A stretch of DNA of 64,000 bases from Candidatus Acidiferrales bacterium (GTDB lineage: Archaea > Halobacteriota > Bog-38 > Methanoflorentales > Methanoflorentaceae), in contig DASPRZ010000063.1 in NCBI GenBank assembly GCA_035624185.1, positions 2,349-66,348 on the forward strand, in the 5' to 3' direction. Made by a program: the position numbers and the translations under genes. Shown here piece after piece: positions 10,179 to 19,185 of this stretch. The notes below the pieces were generated by a model. The model did no database searches. It saw nothing but the letters and a program-made list of their open reading frames with translations, and was not told the origin of the DNA. Numbering within the stretch: the stretch's first letter is position 1; each line of letters opens with the position of its first letter.

Positions 10179-11627
10179 TCAAATTTTCGTTACAAAAGGT
10201 ATATTCTCAATAACATCTGTTGCAAGAAGGCCGTACCCTAACTTTTCAAAAGCTAAATCCCCAGCAGATCCATTTATATACGCAGCAGATGACGCTGCAT
10301 TAAATCCATTTGCCCTCGTTAACCACGCTCCAACAATACCAACAAGTACATCTCCAGTGCCCCCTACTGTCATTCCTGGATTTCCAGTCTTATTTAATCG
10401 ATATTTATTCCCATCAGATATGATATCAATTCGGCCTTTAAGAAGTGTGATGACGTTTCTATCTCGTGAGAACGACGTTACAAGCTTAATCTTTTCATCT
10501 ATTTTATGAGGTAGTTCTTCTCCAGAAATGAGTTCAAATTCTTTTTGATGTGGGGTGATAATCGCGCATCCATCTTCAAATTGAGTATTATGTAACGCTT
10601 TTAACCCATCAGCGTCCAAGGCAAGGCGTTTACATAATGGAATCAATAAGCTTACAGCTTTAGTAGTTTCAGCATCTGTCCCGAGGCCGGGGCCCATCAC
10701 TATAGAATCGTTTCTGCTGATAAGGTCACTTAAATAGTCAACGTCTTTTGTTGATATCTTTTCCGTCCCTGCCTTTTTAACTATTAAATTTGGCGAATAT
10801 CCTGCGATTCTATCTTCTCTTGGCGTTGCTACAGTCACTACATCAACACCACTTTTCATTGCTGCCATGGCTGAAAGTAAAGGTGCTCCAGTGTACGGTC
10901 CTCCACCGATGACTAAGACCCTCCCATTTTCACCTTTGTGGCTGTCCGCTTTTCGCTTATAAAGTAAATCTCCTCGGCCCGTATATATTTCGGCTTCAAT
11001 AGGTACTCCTATACCAGCGACTTCAAAATGCTCAAGCAAAACTCCATCTTTAGGTTTGTGTAGAACTACAGAATAGTCTGCATTAACGACCTTATTTGTT
11101 CCATACCCACTTGGAAGATCAATAGAAATTTTGTAGACCGATGAAGCATTCAGTATGTCAATGACAGTTGACTCAGGTTCCTGTACATTCCCATGGATTC
11201 CTGTTCCAAAAATTCCATCAATGATCAGATCGAATTCGTCTAACCGCATCAAGGGGCTTTTAGGGGTAAACATAGAATTCGCATCGATAAGCTTAATCGA
11301 TGCATCCATCTTCTTTATTGTATTCCAGTTATTGCGCGTTTCTTCAGTTTTAATCGAACATTCAATGCCGATTAAAATAACATCTACTTCAAAATTCCTT
11401 GAAAGATGCCGAGCTGCTACTAATCCGTCTCCCCCATTATTACCGAGACCACATATAACGACTATTTTTCGTCTGAGCTGTTGCGATAATGTAGTTAACT
11501 TATTCATTGCGCATATTGCAACTGCTTGACCTGCATTTTCCATAAGTTGGAGTTTGGAAACCCCAAGTCCGACACAGTTCTCATCAATACGGCGACTTTC
11601 CAAGGGATTGAGGAATTCTGTTGGCAT
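10179..11627 (-). CDS. nnr: bifunctional NAD(P)H-hydrate repair enzyme Nnr (epimerase/ADP-dependent dehydratase)
   Basis: YjeF-N domain (..ENAG.AVA......VVICGLGNNGGDGLVAARHL) plus a carbohydrate-kinase domain (..GRVLVIGGG.YTGAP.L...AA...G.D...GTGDVL.G), 482 aa. Confidence 0.9.
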   Translation of the reverse strand: MPTEFLNPLESRRIDENCVGLGVSKLQLMENAGQAVAICAMNKLTTLSQQLRRKIVVICGLGNNGGDGLVAARHLSRNFEVDVILIGIECSIKTEETRNNWNTIKKMDASIKLIDANSMFTPKSPLMRLDEFDLIIDGIFGTGIHGNVQEPESTVIDILNASSVYKISIDLPSGYGTNKVVNADYSVVLHKPKDGVLLEHFEVAGIGVPIEAEIYTGRGDLLYKRKADSHKGENGRVLVIGGGPYTGAPLLSAMAAMKSGVDVVTVATPREDRIAGYSPNLIVKKAGTEKISTKDVDYLSDLISRNDSIVMGPGLGTDAETTKAVSLLIPLCKRLALDADGLKALHNTQFEDGCAIITPHQKEFELISGEELPHKIDEKIKLVTSFSRDRNVITLLKGRIDIISDGNKYRLNKTGNPGMTVGGTGDVLVGIVGAWLTRANGFNAASSAAYINGSAGDLAFEKLGYGLLATDVIENIPFVTKI

Positions 11628-11663
11628 TACGTATAAAATAGATGTAGTTGCAATATAACGCTT

Positions 11664-12137
11664 GTGCTAAAGCGTGTCAGGATAATTGGAGATTATCAGT
11701 TCGGGCAGGACGCAGGGGCAGCCCTTTTTCCCGACTCAGTTACATTCGTGCTTTCCTCAACAGGAAGAGTGAGTCAAGTTATGGATAACAATATACGGAT
11801 AGCTACATTACGCTCATATGATGGATTATTTACGTTGTCTAAGCTTGGCGCCATTCGCTTGCATAAGCACTTCGCGCGTCCAAAGCTCCGCGTAGTAGTA
11901 AACTCAGACGCTGCATCGTTTGTTGGCTCAGGAAAAACAGCCTTTGCTAGACATATTGTTGACGTCGATTTAGAGTTAAGAGCTAATGATGAGGTGCTTT
12001 TAGTGGATGAGAGTGATAAACTACTTGCTACAGGACAAGCGCTTTTGAGTCCTAAAGAGATGCTCACCTTTGAAAAAGGCGTAGCAGTAAAGGTTAGACA
12101 TGGGTTTCTTAAAGCGGAAGCACAAAATTGTATGTAA
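11664..12137 (+). CDS. PUA-domain RNA-binding protein (ArcTGT C-terminal-like)
   Basis: 157 aa. C-terminal PUA pattern ..AASFVGSGKTAFARHIVDVD..LRANDEVLLVDE.DKLLATGQALLS..EM..F.KGVAVKVRHG. Confidence 0.7.
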   Translation: MLKRVRIIGDYQFGQDAGAALFPDSVTFVLSSTGRVSQVMDNNIRIATLRSYDGLFTLSKLGAIRLHKHFARPKLRVVVNSDAASFVGSGKTAFARHIVDVDLELRANDEVLLVDESDKLLATGQALLSPKEMLTFEKGVAVKVRHGFLKAEAQNCM

Positions 12138-12204
12138 TACTTGTTATAATTTGTCATAAAAACTGAATACCGCAACATAAAAATCCTTTGAATACTTCTT
12201 TAGT

Positions 12205-12244
12205 GTGAGGTACGATGATGTTTCGTGAGGTACGATGATGTTTC
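12205..12244. repeat. perfect 2 x 20-bp tandem duplication (gtgaggtacgatgatgtttc) covering the nac SD and start codons
   Basis: Read directly: 12205-12224 is identical to 12225-12244. Flanking bases differ, so the duplication is exactly 20 bp. Confidence 0.95.
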
Positions 12245-12582
12245 CAGGAATGAAAGGCGCGAACCCTAAGAAGTTACAACAACAATTGAAGAAAATGGGC
12301 GTTGAAGCAGAAGAGCTTGAAGGTGTGCGGGAAGTTTTAATTCGCCTTACTGATAAGGAGCTTATCCTTGAAAATGCAGACGTGACGGTAATAACCGTCG
12401 GAGACAGCAAAACATATCAAATACGAGGTGAGTGCGTAGAAAAGCCCTCATTAAACGAGGAGGATATAAAGCTTGTCGCTAAACAAAGTGGTGTAAGTGA
12501 AGAAATGGCGAGAAATGCATTAATAGAATCAAAAGGCGATCTTGCTGAAGCCATTTTGCAGCTTGAGGGAAGCAAACAATGA
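12235..12582 (+). CDS. nac: nascent polypeptide-associated complex protein (NAC alpha, with UBA domain)
   Basis: MMFPGMKG.NPKKLQQQLKKMG......L.GV.EV.I......L......V..... plus a C-terminal UBA-like region (EEDIKLVAKQSGVSEEMARNALIESKGDLAEAI), 115 aa. Confidence 0.9.
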   Translation: MMFPGMKGANPKKLQQQLKKMGVEAEELEGVREVLIRLTDKELILENADVTVITVGDSKTYQIRGECVEKPSLNEEDIKLVAKQSGVSEEMARNALIESKGDLAEAILQLEGSKQ

Positions 12583-12594
12583 TTTCGTAATTCA

Positions 12595-13323
12595 ATGGTA
12601 GATACTGCTTTATTAGTGTCAATAAGACACGGTTCTAAAAAGGAGTTTCTTGTAAAGTCTGAAGGGGAGCTTCATACCGATAAAGGCGTGATAAACCTTG
12701 AAACTTTAAAAGAGCTTGAGTATGGCGATACTATTTCAACTCATATGGGATATGAGTTCAGAGTTCTGAAACCAAGGAATCCAGATTTTTTTCATCATTT
12801 TATTCGAACTGGCGCACCGATGATGCCTCAGGATATTGGGGTAATCTTCGCACATACTGGTCTGAATAAAGATGATGTCGTCCTTGATGCAGGCACGGGC
12901 TCTGGAATTACTGCTATCTTTTTGGGAGCGGTTGCTAAAAAAGTGATTACTTACGAGATAAACCCGGAATTTGCGCAAAATGCTGTTAAAAATATTGAAC
13001 AGACTGGCTTGAAAAATGTTGACGTTGTAGTAGGTAACGTTTTAGATATCTCTACTGAAACCAAGTTTAATGTAATAACACTAGATTTATTTGAGGCACA
13101 TAAAGCTGTAGAGGTATTATCAACGCTCGTTATACCAGGGGGGTTTATAGTCTCCTATTCACCTTTCTATGAACAGGTATTAGATGTAAGAAAATCGCTC
13201 AAGAGCCTTTCGTGCGTCAAAACAATTGAAATAATTCAGAGGGAAATCGAAGTATCTAAAAGGGGTACGCGACCATCGACTCGCGTTGGTCATACAGGTT
13301 TTATATCTATCGCACGATTGTAA
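12595..13323 (+). CDS. trmI: tRNA (adenine57/58-N1)-methyltransferase TrmI
   Basis: ..TGAPMMPQDIGVIFAHTGL...VVLDAGTGSGITAIFL... fits the Gcd14/TrmI family, 242 aa. Confidence 0.85.
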   Translation: MVDTALLVSIRHGSKKEFLVKSEGELHTDKGVINLETLKELEYGDTISTHMGYEFRVLKPRNPDFFHHFIRTGAPMMPQDIGVIFAHTGLNKDDVVLDAGTGSGITAIFLGAVAKKVITYEINPEFAQNAVKNIEQTGLKNVDVVVGNVLDISTETKFNVITLDLFEAHKAVEVLSTLVIPGGFIVSYSPFYEQVLDVRKSLKSLSCVKTIEIIQREIEVSKRGTRPSTRVGHTGFISIARL

Positions 13324-13406
13324 TCTATCTTAATCTCCTTATTAACGAATGCCGGTTATTAATAAAACTTTCGCTAAATATAAATATAATATTAAAAAAA
13401 TATAAT

Positions 13407-13586
13407 ATGGTTCATATGCGTTTTGGTACAGCCACAACTGAATCGGATGTCTATTGTATGGCCTTTGCAGGCTATGAAGTTTATAATAAAGAAAAATATG
13501 TGCGATGCGGAGCTTTTGGGATTGTTCCCATTGATGCTTGTAAGACCTGCACAGAATTTAGGAAAGCTTTTAGTCCTGGCTATTAG
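13407..13586 (+). CDS. small Cys-containing ORF (59 aa), function unknown
   Basis: One codon below the ORF-track cutoff: MVHMRFGTATTESDVYCMAFAGYEVYNKEKYVRCGAFGIVPIDACKTCTEFRKAFSPGY. It is more GC-rich than the flanking AT-rich spacer and is preceded by a TATA-rich tract. Its 3' end overlaps the convergent GT4 gene by 17 nt. Confidence 0.35.
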   Translation: MVHMRFGTATTESDVYCMAFAGYEVYNKEKYVRCGAFGIVPIDACKTCTEFRKAFSPGY

Positions 13587-14775
13587 AACTAACCTTAGCT
13601 CCAAGCGCTTTTGAGTAAGCGGATTGTGTTAAGCGGCCAATGTTGTCCCAAGTTAATGCTTTGCTTACCGCCTGAAAAGCATTTTCGGCTAGTTCGTTTT
13701 TAACAGCATCGTTAGATAACAAGTACAATATTGCTGCAGAAAGAGCAGATTCATCCATTGGTTTTATCAAAACTCCGCAATCTCTATTCAGAACTTCAGG
13801 AATACCACCAACATTCGATGCGACCACTACTTTCTTACATGCCATCGACTCTATTAAAAAAAGACTCGATGATTCCATTAAACTAGGGACGATCACTATA
13901 TCTGACCGGACAATGTATGGAGCCAATTTCTGATGTGGAATTAAACCGATGAATGTAATATTTTTTCGTAATCCTAGTGTTTCAGCTAATCGTTGAAGCT
14001 GAGACTTGTGTGGACCATCTCCTGCAATTAACAAATGAGCATCATATTTTTCTACAATTTTTGGCATCGCTTTAATGAGATATTCTAAACCATTCTTTTC
14101 TACTAACCTCCTTGCTGTAAATAAAATCGTTTCATCGATTGGGATCTCAATTGGGCGTGTTTGCGGATTAAATTTTTTTGGATCAAATCCGTTGTGTATC
14201 GTCACCACTTTTTCGGAAGGGGCACCCCAGGTTATTACTTTGTTGGCAAAATAACCTCCTGTGTGAATTTGGATTCCTGACATCTTAGCGAGTGCTGGAG
14301 CTAGAGTTCTTTCAGTTAGCCTATAAATGGATGAAACAATAGGTGGTTCCAAATATCTCCAAATGTCGTAATAAGACCCGTGAATCGTGTTCACTGCAAC
14401 TGCCCTATTTCGTCTCGCTAGAAAATTAGCTATAAGGCCTGAGGTGTAAAAATGGCCGTGATAGATATCGTACTCACCAAGATTCGCTTTTAACGCTGCT
14501 ATGGGAAAGGCAATTTGTCGCATCAAGCGGAGGTTTGAGGCGTCCCACGTCGATTTCATAAATCCACCGAAGTCAATATGTCTTATAGTTATTCTATCTA
14601 TCGAAAAATCTCGTGAAATCTTGCTTGCACCATTTACAATAGTTACTTCATGTCCGAGTTTCAATAGTGATTTTGAGAGCTCTAAAAGAGCAACTTCTAC
14701 ACCGCCTATTAAAACGCCTTCTTCTTGTGGTCCTAGCTCATATATGTGAACAATCTTAAGAGGCTCCACGGTCAT
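13570..14775 (-). CDS. glycosyltransferase family 4 (GT-B fold)
   Basis: 401 aa. N-terminal ..GGVEVALLELSK.L..LGHEV.. and a C-terminal E-x7-E-like region (..PSL.ESSSLFLIESMACKKVVVASNVGGIPEV). Confidence 0.85.
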   Translation of the reverse strand: MTVEPLKIVHIYELGPQEEGVLIGGVEVALLELSKSLLKLGHEVTIVNGASKISRDFSIDRITIRHIDFGGFMKSTWDASNLRLMRQIAFPIAALKANLGEYDIYHGHFYTSGLIANFLARRNRAVAVNTIHGSYYDIWRYLEPPIVSSIYRLTERTLAPALAKMSGIQIHTGGYFANKVITWGAPSEKVVTIHNGFDPKKFNPQTRPIEIPIDETILFTARRLVEKNGLEYLIKAMPKIVEKYDAHLLIAGDGPHKSQLQRLAETLGLRKNITFIGLIPHQKLAPYIVRSDIVIVPSLMESSSLFLIESMACKKVVVASNVGGIPEVLNRDCGVLIKPMDESALSAAILYLLSNDAVKNELAENAFQAVSKALTWDNIGRLTQSAYSKALGAKVSSNSQD

Positions 14776-15617
14776 GCCTCCACCATACTTGAGATATGTG
14801 CTAGTGTGGATAACTCGAATCTGTTATCGTTATTTATTAGTGTTAAAACCTGATTGAAAAGCTCTAATTTGTATGCTATTTCATAAGAAGGGTGCATGTA
14901 TAACACAAATGGCACATTACTTTGATACCAACTATCAAGCCTCTGTTTGATGGTTGTTAATATCGCTTTTTCATTAAACCCCTTTGAAATCAGTTCCCCT
15001 ATTGAATCACTTGCAACTGGTATCTGTAATATCCGACAAGTTTGACTACCAAATTGTGGATAAAACGGTGCTACGGGTACATCAAATTTGTAGTCGCTAG
15101 AATAATAGAAGTTGAAGGTGTCTATTGATTTTAAGAACTCTTGAGTTATTTTAAACCCCGGCGACGCAAAACTTATAATATCACTCTTGGCAGAATTAGC
15201 TAAAGCTGTTAGTCCACGTTGAATAAGCGCGATAATGTATTTGTCTTCAAATCTCTCTAACTCATTCATCCATCTATAGTGGTCGTAACCGTGTAGTCCA
15301 ACTTCATGACCTTCTTTTAAAGCCCGTTGTAAAGTGTAGGGGTGTGAATTTTGAACTTCGATATGCCGAAATATCCCATTTAAACTTTGAATGCCGAATC
15401 GATATGGCTTTGATTTGAGAACATTAAGATAATTTTTTGGTTGTTTAAGGTGTTTAAATACGTTAAATCCAGTTTTATCCGGTCCAGTTGTAACGAAGAA
15501 GGTTGCTTTGATTTCGACACTCTTTAATATGTCCAGAAGTTTAGGTAAAAGCAGTACGTCTCTTATGGTATCTACATCAATTCTGAGCGCCGCTGGGACC
15601 TTGAACATCTTTTTCAC
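14772..15617 (-). CDS. polysaccharide deacetylase (NodB/CE4-like)
   Basis: 281 aa with ..RIDVDT.. , ..ATFFVTTG.. and ..HEVGLHGYDH.. metal and catalytic motifs. Its stop overlaps the GT4 start (ATGA). Confidence 0.8.
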   Translation of the reverse strand: MKKMFKVPAALRIDVDTIRDVLLLPKLLDILKSVEIKATFFVTTGPDKTGFNVFKHLKQPKNYLNVLKSKPYRFGIQSLNGIFRHIEVQNSHPYTLQRALKEGHEVGLHGYDHYRWMNELERFEDKYIIALIQRGLTALANSAKSDIISFASPGFKITQEFLKSIDTFNFYYSSDYKFDVPVAPFYPQFGSQTCRILQIPVASDSIGELISKGFNEKAILTTIKQRLDSWYQSNVPFVLYMHPSYEIAYKLELFNQVLTLINNDNRFELSTLAHISSMVEA

Positions 15618-15751
15618 GAGTGATAATGTTAGAATCTGATTAGTTTCTCAAACCTTTTAATTAATAATAAGTTTATCGTTGATGTAGGTATAGATAAATT
15701 CGTACGAACTAGAATATAATGTATAAGAAATTTATGATATGGTACTAAAAG

Positions 15752-16648
15752 ATGTTCATCGACAAGCAGAGTGTTCACATTAAAGCCGCCCTCTGGGCAA
15801 TTTCCGTTCTTGTTGTCTTATCGATATTTAGTAACGTTTTTCACAATTTTTCTGACATTTTAAATTTGCAAATGCTCAAGCAGAATGGATTTTATTCTTG
15901 GGTTGTTCTATTACTCTGTATAATATGGATTTGGATAAAACGTACTGAAATTGATATTTCTAACTTAAAAGTTGACGTTCGTTGGTTGTGCATAGGGGTT
16001 GGACTTTTTATACCAGCTCTTGCTCTGCTTAATTATTCGTCAGTTTCAATCGTTGGCTTACCGCTAACGATATTTGCGATTGGCTTAGTCGTAGTCTCAT
16101 CTTTCTGTATTTTTTTTGGACGAGCTTCGAAAGTTCCTTTCATGCTTTTAATTATTTACGGTATTGCTGTTGGATTTCCGTTGTTTATTGAAACTTTTTT
16201 TTCATCTTCATTTTCGATGGTTACGGCTTTAATTTCAACGTCGACATTAAGATTTTTTGGAGTGCCAATATCAGTTGAAGGAGTTAAAGTAATTTTAACA
16301 AGTTTAAATGGTTCCGATATTGTTACAGTGGTTGATTCCAGGTGCTCGGGTAGCGATTCAATTGCGATATTCTTTGCCATATTTGGTCTCATGTTGATGG
16401 ATAGAAAGCCCAAAAACTCAATGGTTCCTGGACTTTTTATTTTAGGTCTCGCTGGAACATTCATTCAAAATTTTGTGAGACTATTGTTGTTGTTCACTGC
16501 TGGGTACTATTTCGGTTCTGATAGTCTATGGCTTGTACACGATTATGCAAGCTATATACTTTTTCCGCTATGGTTTTTGGCATTTTCATTGATTTATTTG
16601 AGGTATGTGGATCAAAACGAAAATAGTTCTTATAATCGGAAAAGATAG
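15752..16648 (+). CDS. exosortase/archaeosortase-family transpeptidase-like membrane protein
   Basis: 298 aa, polytopic. The family Cys/Arg/His signature appears in the expected order: VVDSRCSGSDSIAIFF (Cys), IQNFVRLLLLF (N..R), LWLVHDYASYILFPLWF (His). Confidence 0.75.
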   Translation: MFIDKQSVHIKAALWAISVLVVLSIFSNVFHNFSDILNLQMLKQNGFYSWVVLLLCIIWIWIKRTEIDISNLKVDVRWLCIGVGLFIPALALLNYSSVSIVGLPLTIFAIGLVVVSSFCIFFGRASKVPFMLLIIYGIAVGFPLFIETFFSSSFSMVTALISTSTLRFFGVPISVEGVKVILTSLNGSDIVTVVDSRCSGSDSIAIFFAIFGLMLMDRKPKNSMVPGLFILGLAGTFIQNFVRLLLLFTAGYYFGSDSLWLVHDYASYILFPLWFLAFSLIYLRYVDQNENSSYNRKR

Positions 16649-17645
16649 TTTGGATGAAAGCGATGTGTTTTGCTGTTGCACTCTTTGCGGCAATCTAAGA
16701 TTAAATGAGCAAAAGACTCATCGGTAATTATGCATTGAATTCAACCTACAATTCTAGAAGTATGAATGAGGCATTTCTAGCCAAGTCATAATCTCTTAGA
16801 ACAGAATTGTTCGATAAATGATGGTTGTATAAAAGATAAGACGCATATTGGTAACTGCTGCTAGATTATCGGGGCACAGACCGGAATGGCAATGGTATCT
16901 GGATGCTGCTTACTCTGTCGACGATAACAATTCACTGCGAGTCTGATGGAATAGTATGGGGTTAACATTGAGTTTATTTTTACCTTACCACAGTGCAAGA
17001 GTCAAAATTATATCTTATGCACATTCAATAAGCAACTATATTATGAAAAAAGTAGCACATTCCAATCTGGAAATCTTATTAATTTTTTACGATGAGTGTC
17101 TATTGATAGAAAGTTTATAGCAAGTTAATAATCGAAGTTAAATTTACGATCCTTGGAACAATGACAATTGTGCTCGTTTCGCGAGGAAATTTGTTAAAAA
17201 ATAAATTAATTTAACTTTGTAGAAGACCTGTTAAATTCTCCAGTTGTTGGGGAGTAAACTATCTCTCTTTTGCTGTGCCGTTAGAATAATTTCCTGTACA
17301 ATGTTTTTAAAGCTAATTGCGTGTAAAGACAGATTTGTTATTTATTCTTTCATCACGATATCTCTAATATGTAAAATTGAAAGTAGCTGGAGTAAATACC
17401 GTACGGGAATTACGTTTGCACATAATTGGAACTTGCTATTTCACAATAAAAGTAAGTCTTAAGTTCAAATAACAGATCTTCTGTTCTTACCTTTTTTTCA
17501 TTTCTGCAAAAAGACATGACCTCATTTATACTTCAAACTAAAACAATACACATGATTACACATAAGGAAATGTCGCCGGGGGCAGTTTAATTTCAAAAAC
17601 TTTGGATCTCTCAAAAGTCTTTCGTATGTTTTACAACAGCATCCA

Positions 17646-18173
17646 TTAGGCATTAAATCTTAAAAAACTAGTCAATGGAAAAGTTTCAATGATCCTTATC
17701 AGCACCATGTTATTACTTATTATATTGTATGTTCTCGACAACATTGGAATGTGATAAGATACATCAAATATCTCGCTGTATTCATCGTTGAATATCATCT
17801 CTATCTTTTCAATCTCTCTTCGCGATTCAATTTTTCGCTCTTGCATGATTTTGCCTATTGGTATATCAGCTTTCATAAGATCATATTTGAACTCCTTCAG
17901 TAACCTTGATATAGGGGTATATGACTCAGCATAGATAAGGGGTTTTGCGCTGTCGACGTTTCTCAATGTTACTACTCTGTAGTTAATGCTATCTCCCTCT
18001 TCAATTTCAAGCAATTCTGCGATTTCGTTATCAGCCTTAACAATCTTTTGTACGAGGGTACTAACAGTAACTGGTTTGGCTGTGATAACTTCAAGTAAAG
18101 TTGTTATTGAACCGTCAGTGAGAAGAATCAGTTTTTGAAGCTTCGATAATTTGTATTGGAGATCTGAAAACAT
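17646..18173 (-). CDS. chorismate pyruvate-lyase-like (UbiC fold, DUF98) protein
   Basis: 175 aa. ..LLTDGSITTLLEV... at the N-terminus and ..Y.ESY.P...L.......L......PIGKI......E.RRE is the DUF98/chorismate-lyase-like pattern. It lies 64 nt downstream of the beta-RFAP synthase gene on the same strand. Confidence 0.6.
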   Translation of the reverse strand: MFSDLQYKLSKLQKLILLTDGSITTLLEVITAKPVTVSTLVQKIVKADNEIAELLEIEEGDSINYRVVTLRNVDSAKPLIYAESYTPISRLLKEFKYDLMKADIPIGKIMQERKIESRREIEKIEMIFNDEYSEIFDVSYHIPMLSRTYNIISNNMVLIRIIETFPLTSFLRFNA

Positions 18174-18237
18174 TTGCTCAACCTGTACGCATTTTATCGT
18201 AACTTACTCTATTTTTTATTACTTTCAAATTTATCGA

Positions 18238-19185
18238 TTAAAATTCTTTCAAATATGCTCCACAGTTGCGAGCTTTGACGCAATATACTTTACCATCGGT
18301 GGTTTCATTAAGATATGTCTGCACCGCATTCTTTAAGCTTTTATCGTCAGTAATCGCGTAGACAGTAGGCCCAAATGAACTCATTCCAGCTCCATAAGCT
18401 CCGTTCTCTATTATGAATTCCATCAATTGTCCACAAAATGGCTGAAGTCCAACTTCATGACGTTTAAACCCGATATGTTGGATTTTATTTATTGAAGCTC
18501 CAAAACTCTCGATATTTTGTTCAATAACAGCAGGTAACATCTCCATAAGTATTATATGGCTGAGTTTTTGGACTTCATGGAGGGGGACAGGACACTTTTC
18601 TTTAAATATATTAACTTCTCTCTCATTACTTGCTCCTGTTAAGTCAGGAATAGCAATTATTATATCCCAGTTTGGAAAATCGTGACGTATTAACACCGGA
18701 GGGGGCGAATATTCCCCGGACGCTGATGATGGCTTGAACTCACACTTTCCCTTATGACCGCCATCTACTATGAATCCCCCGCGATCATAGGCTGTAGTTC
18801 CAATCCCCGACGTTCCACCTCTTTTTGTCAAATGCGCTATATCAGCCGGGGTGAGATTCAAGTCGTAAAGTTTGCTTACTGCCATTCCGGCTGCTAGTGA
18901 AGCTTGGGTACCAGAACCAAGTCCAACATGATCAGGGTAGTCCTCGATAATGTCAACCTCAATTCCACCGATATGATACACTTTTGCCATAGCTTCTAGG
19001 ACTTTTTTAATTCTTTCTGAAAAACTACTATTTCCCAGAACAGCAAATTTATTGGACCGTCTTGCTCGAATTTTAATCAATGGAAAATCTAAAGTTATTC
19101 CAACACTTCCATCAATTCTACCGAGTGCACCGTTTAAATCAATCAATGTAATATGGATTCGTGAAGGGGTGGTAATTTCTATCAT
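18238..19185 (-). CDS. beta-ribofuranosylaminobenzene 5'-phosphate (beta-RFAP) synthase, methanopterin biosynthesis (GHMP-kinase fold)
   Basis: MIEITTPSRIHITLIDLNGALGRIDGSVGITL..P......H.GLGSGTQASLA...A......L......A....RGGTSGIG...Y..GGF.VDGGH matches the pattern of the MJ1427 family. Confidence 0.8.
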   Translation of the reverse strand: MIEITTPSRIHITLIDLNGALGRIDGSVGITLDFPLIKIRARRSNKFAVLGNSSFSERIKKVLEAMAKVYHIGGIEVDIIEDYPDHVGLGSGTQASLAAGMAVSKLYDLNLTPADIAHLTKRGGTSGIGTTAYDRGGFIVDGGHKGKCEFKPSSASGEYSPPPVLIRHDFPNWDIIIAIPDLTGASNEREVNIFKEKCPVPLHEVQKLSHIILMEMLPAVIEQNIESFGASINKIQHIGFKRHEVGLQPFCGQLMEFIIENGAYGAGMSSFGPTVYAITDDKSLKNAVQTYLNETTDGKVYCVKARNCGAYLKEF

